From an uncultured Eubacteriales bacterium (GTDB lineage Bacteria; Bacillota; Clostridia; Christensenellales; UBA1242): DNA of 64,000 nucleotides. The translations under genes and the position numbers were made by a program. This document shows, one piece after another, positions 63,444 through 64,000 of this stretch (positions within the stretch are counted from its first letter, which is position 1; every line of letters starts with the position of its first letter). The notes beneath the pieces are model-generated. The model was not told the DNA's origin, did no database searches, and saw only the letters and a program-made list of their open reading frames with translations. The stretch lies in assembly GCA_948607205.1 (NCBI GenBank), contig CAPERS010000007.1, positions 833-64,832 of the forward strand, in the 5' to 3' direction.

Positions 63444-64000
63444 TTATTTTTTGTTTTCAATTGATTTTTTCTTCTCTTCCAGTTCAAAAATCTTGCAATC
63501 AATTTCTTCAAGCGAAACCAAACTGTTTGACGTGTTACTCTCTTCAATTGATTGTTTCAAAATTTTCAATTCCTGAATTTTTTTTATTATGCTGTCCACA
63601 TCAACCTGCAAAACAGCATCTTTCACATTTTTTATTTCTTCTTTGATAGCATCTATATTGCCTTTCACTTCTTCACTTTTGACTTTGCCATTTTTAAGCC
63701 CTTTAACAATAACAACAAATCTCGCTATTATCGCATAAATGCTTAAAGACAAAAAATAACTGCTCAAAAATATATCTATTGTTATTTTGCAAAACCACAT
63801 CTTCAAAAAACAACCTGTATAAATAACCGAAATGGTAAGTGCCAAAAGCGCCGGAATGAAAAGAATTACACTGTTAACCGCTCGCCTTCTTTCTTCATCA
63901 AGTTTTGATGTCATTTTCTTTATTGGCAATTTGATAATCATCGTCAACGCGAAAACAATAAAAGCAATAACCAGAGTTTCAATTGAAATGCTCTTCAATG
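63444..64000 (-). CDS. membrane protein with C-terminal coiled coil (phage module; may continue off-window)
   Basis: 3-4 TM segments followed by a Lys/Glu-rich coiled coil. The first in-window codon is TTG at 63998, so the true start may lie beyond the window. Confidence 0.5.
   Translation of the reverse strand, partial: LKSISIETLVIAFIVFALTMIIKLPIKKMTSKLDEERRRAVNSVILFIPALLALTISVIYTGCFLKMWFCKITIDIFLSSYFLSLSIYAIIARFVVIVKGLKNGKVKSEEVKGNIDAIKEEIKNVKDAVLQVDVDSIIKKIQELKILKQSIEESNTSNSLVSLEEIDCKIFELEEKKKSIENKK

Overview
This 64-kb window comes from a low-GC, endospore-forming Firmicute (Clostridia-like). Sporulation genes present are spoIVB, spoIIAA-spoIIAB-sigF, spoVAC/AD/AE and yunB. Most of the window is conserved housekeeping sequence on the minus strand: argR-recN-spoIVB, thiI plus a cysteine desulfurase, pheS-pheT behind a T-box leader, tig-clpP-clpX, gap, rpiB, rsfS, obg, nth, lysS, pnp-rpsO, hemZ-relA-recJ and dnaG-rpoD.

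Small accessory islets sit between these blocks:
- Left edge: the 3' end of a tyrosine recombinase gene (the ORF track reports the wrong frame), followed by an AT-rich, apparently leaderless radical-SAM gene lying convergent to spoIVB.
- 13.5-15 kb: an operon of two paralogous small proteins, a 17-codon micro-ORF and a GNAT gene broken by a single in-frame TAA.
- 17-18.6 kb: a tRNA-Leu whose anticodon loop reads AAG, next to an orphan 358-aa gene.
- 39.2-40.6 kb: an XRE-regulator module between hemZ and rpsO.
- 50.5-51.4 kb: a two-gene cassette encoding a Cys-rich 64-aa peptide and a 103-aa protein, bracketed by about 136-bp direct repeats (119 bp identical). The repeats are built from a terminator-like palindromic hairpin family that also occurs at 39.2 kb.
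- Right edge: a phage tail-fibre module.

The best candidates for something new are:
- the repeat-bracketed cassette;
- the two similar TTGACAAA-polyC-TATAAT promoters (C8 and C7 tracts in the spacer), together with other long G/C homopolymers, which suggest phase variation;
- a GC-rich, 127-nt, perfectly paired four-way-junction element at 35658-35784.

No CRISPR array, rRNA gene or complete IS element was seen. All functional calls rest on motif and family recognition by eye. No database search was run.
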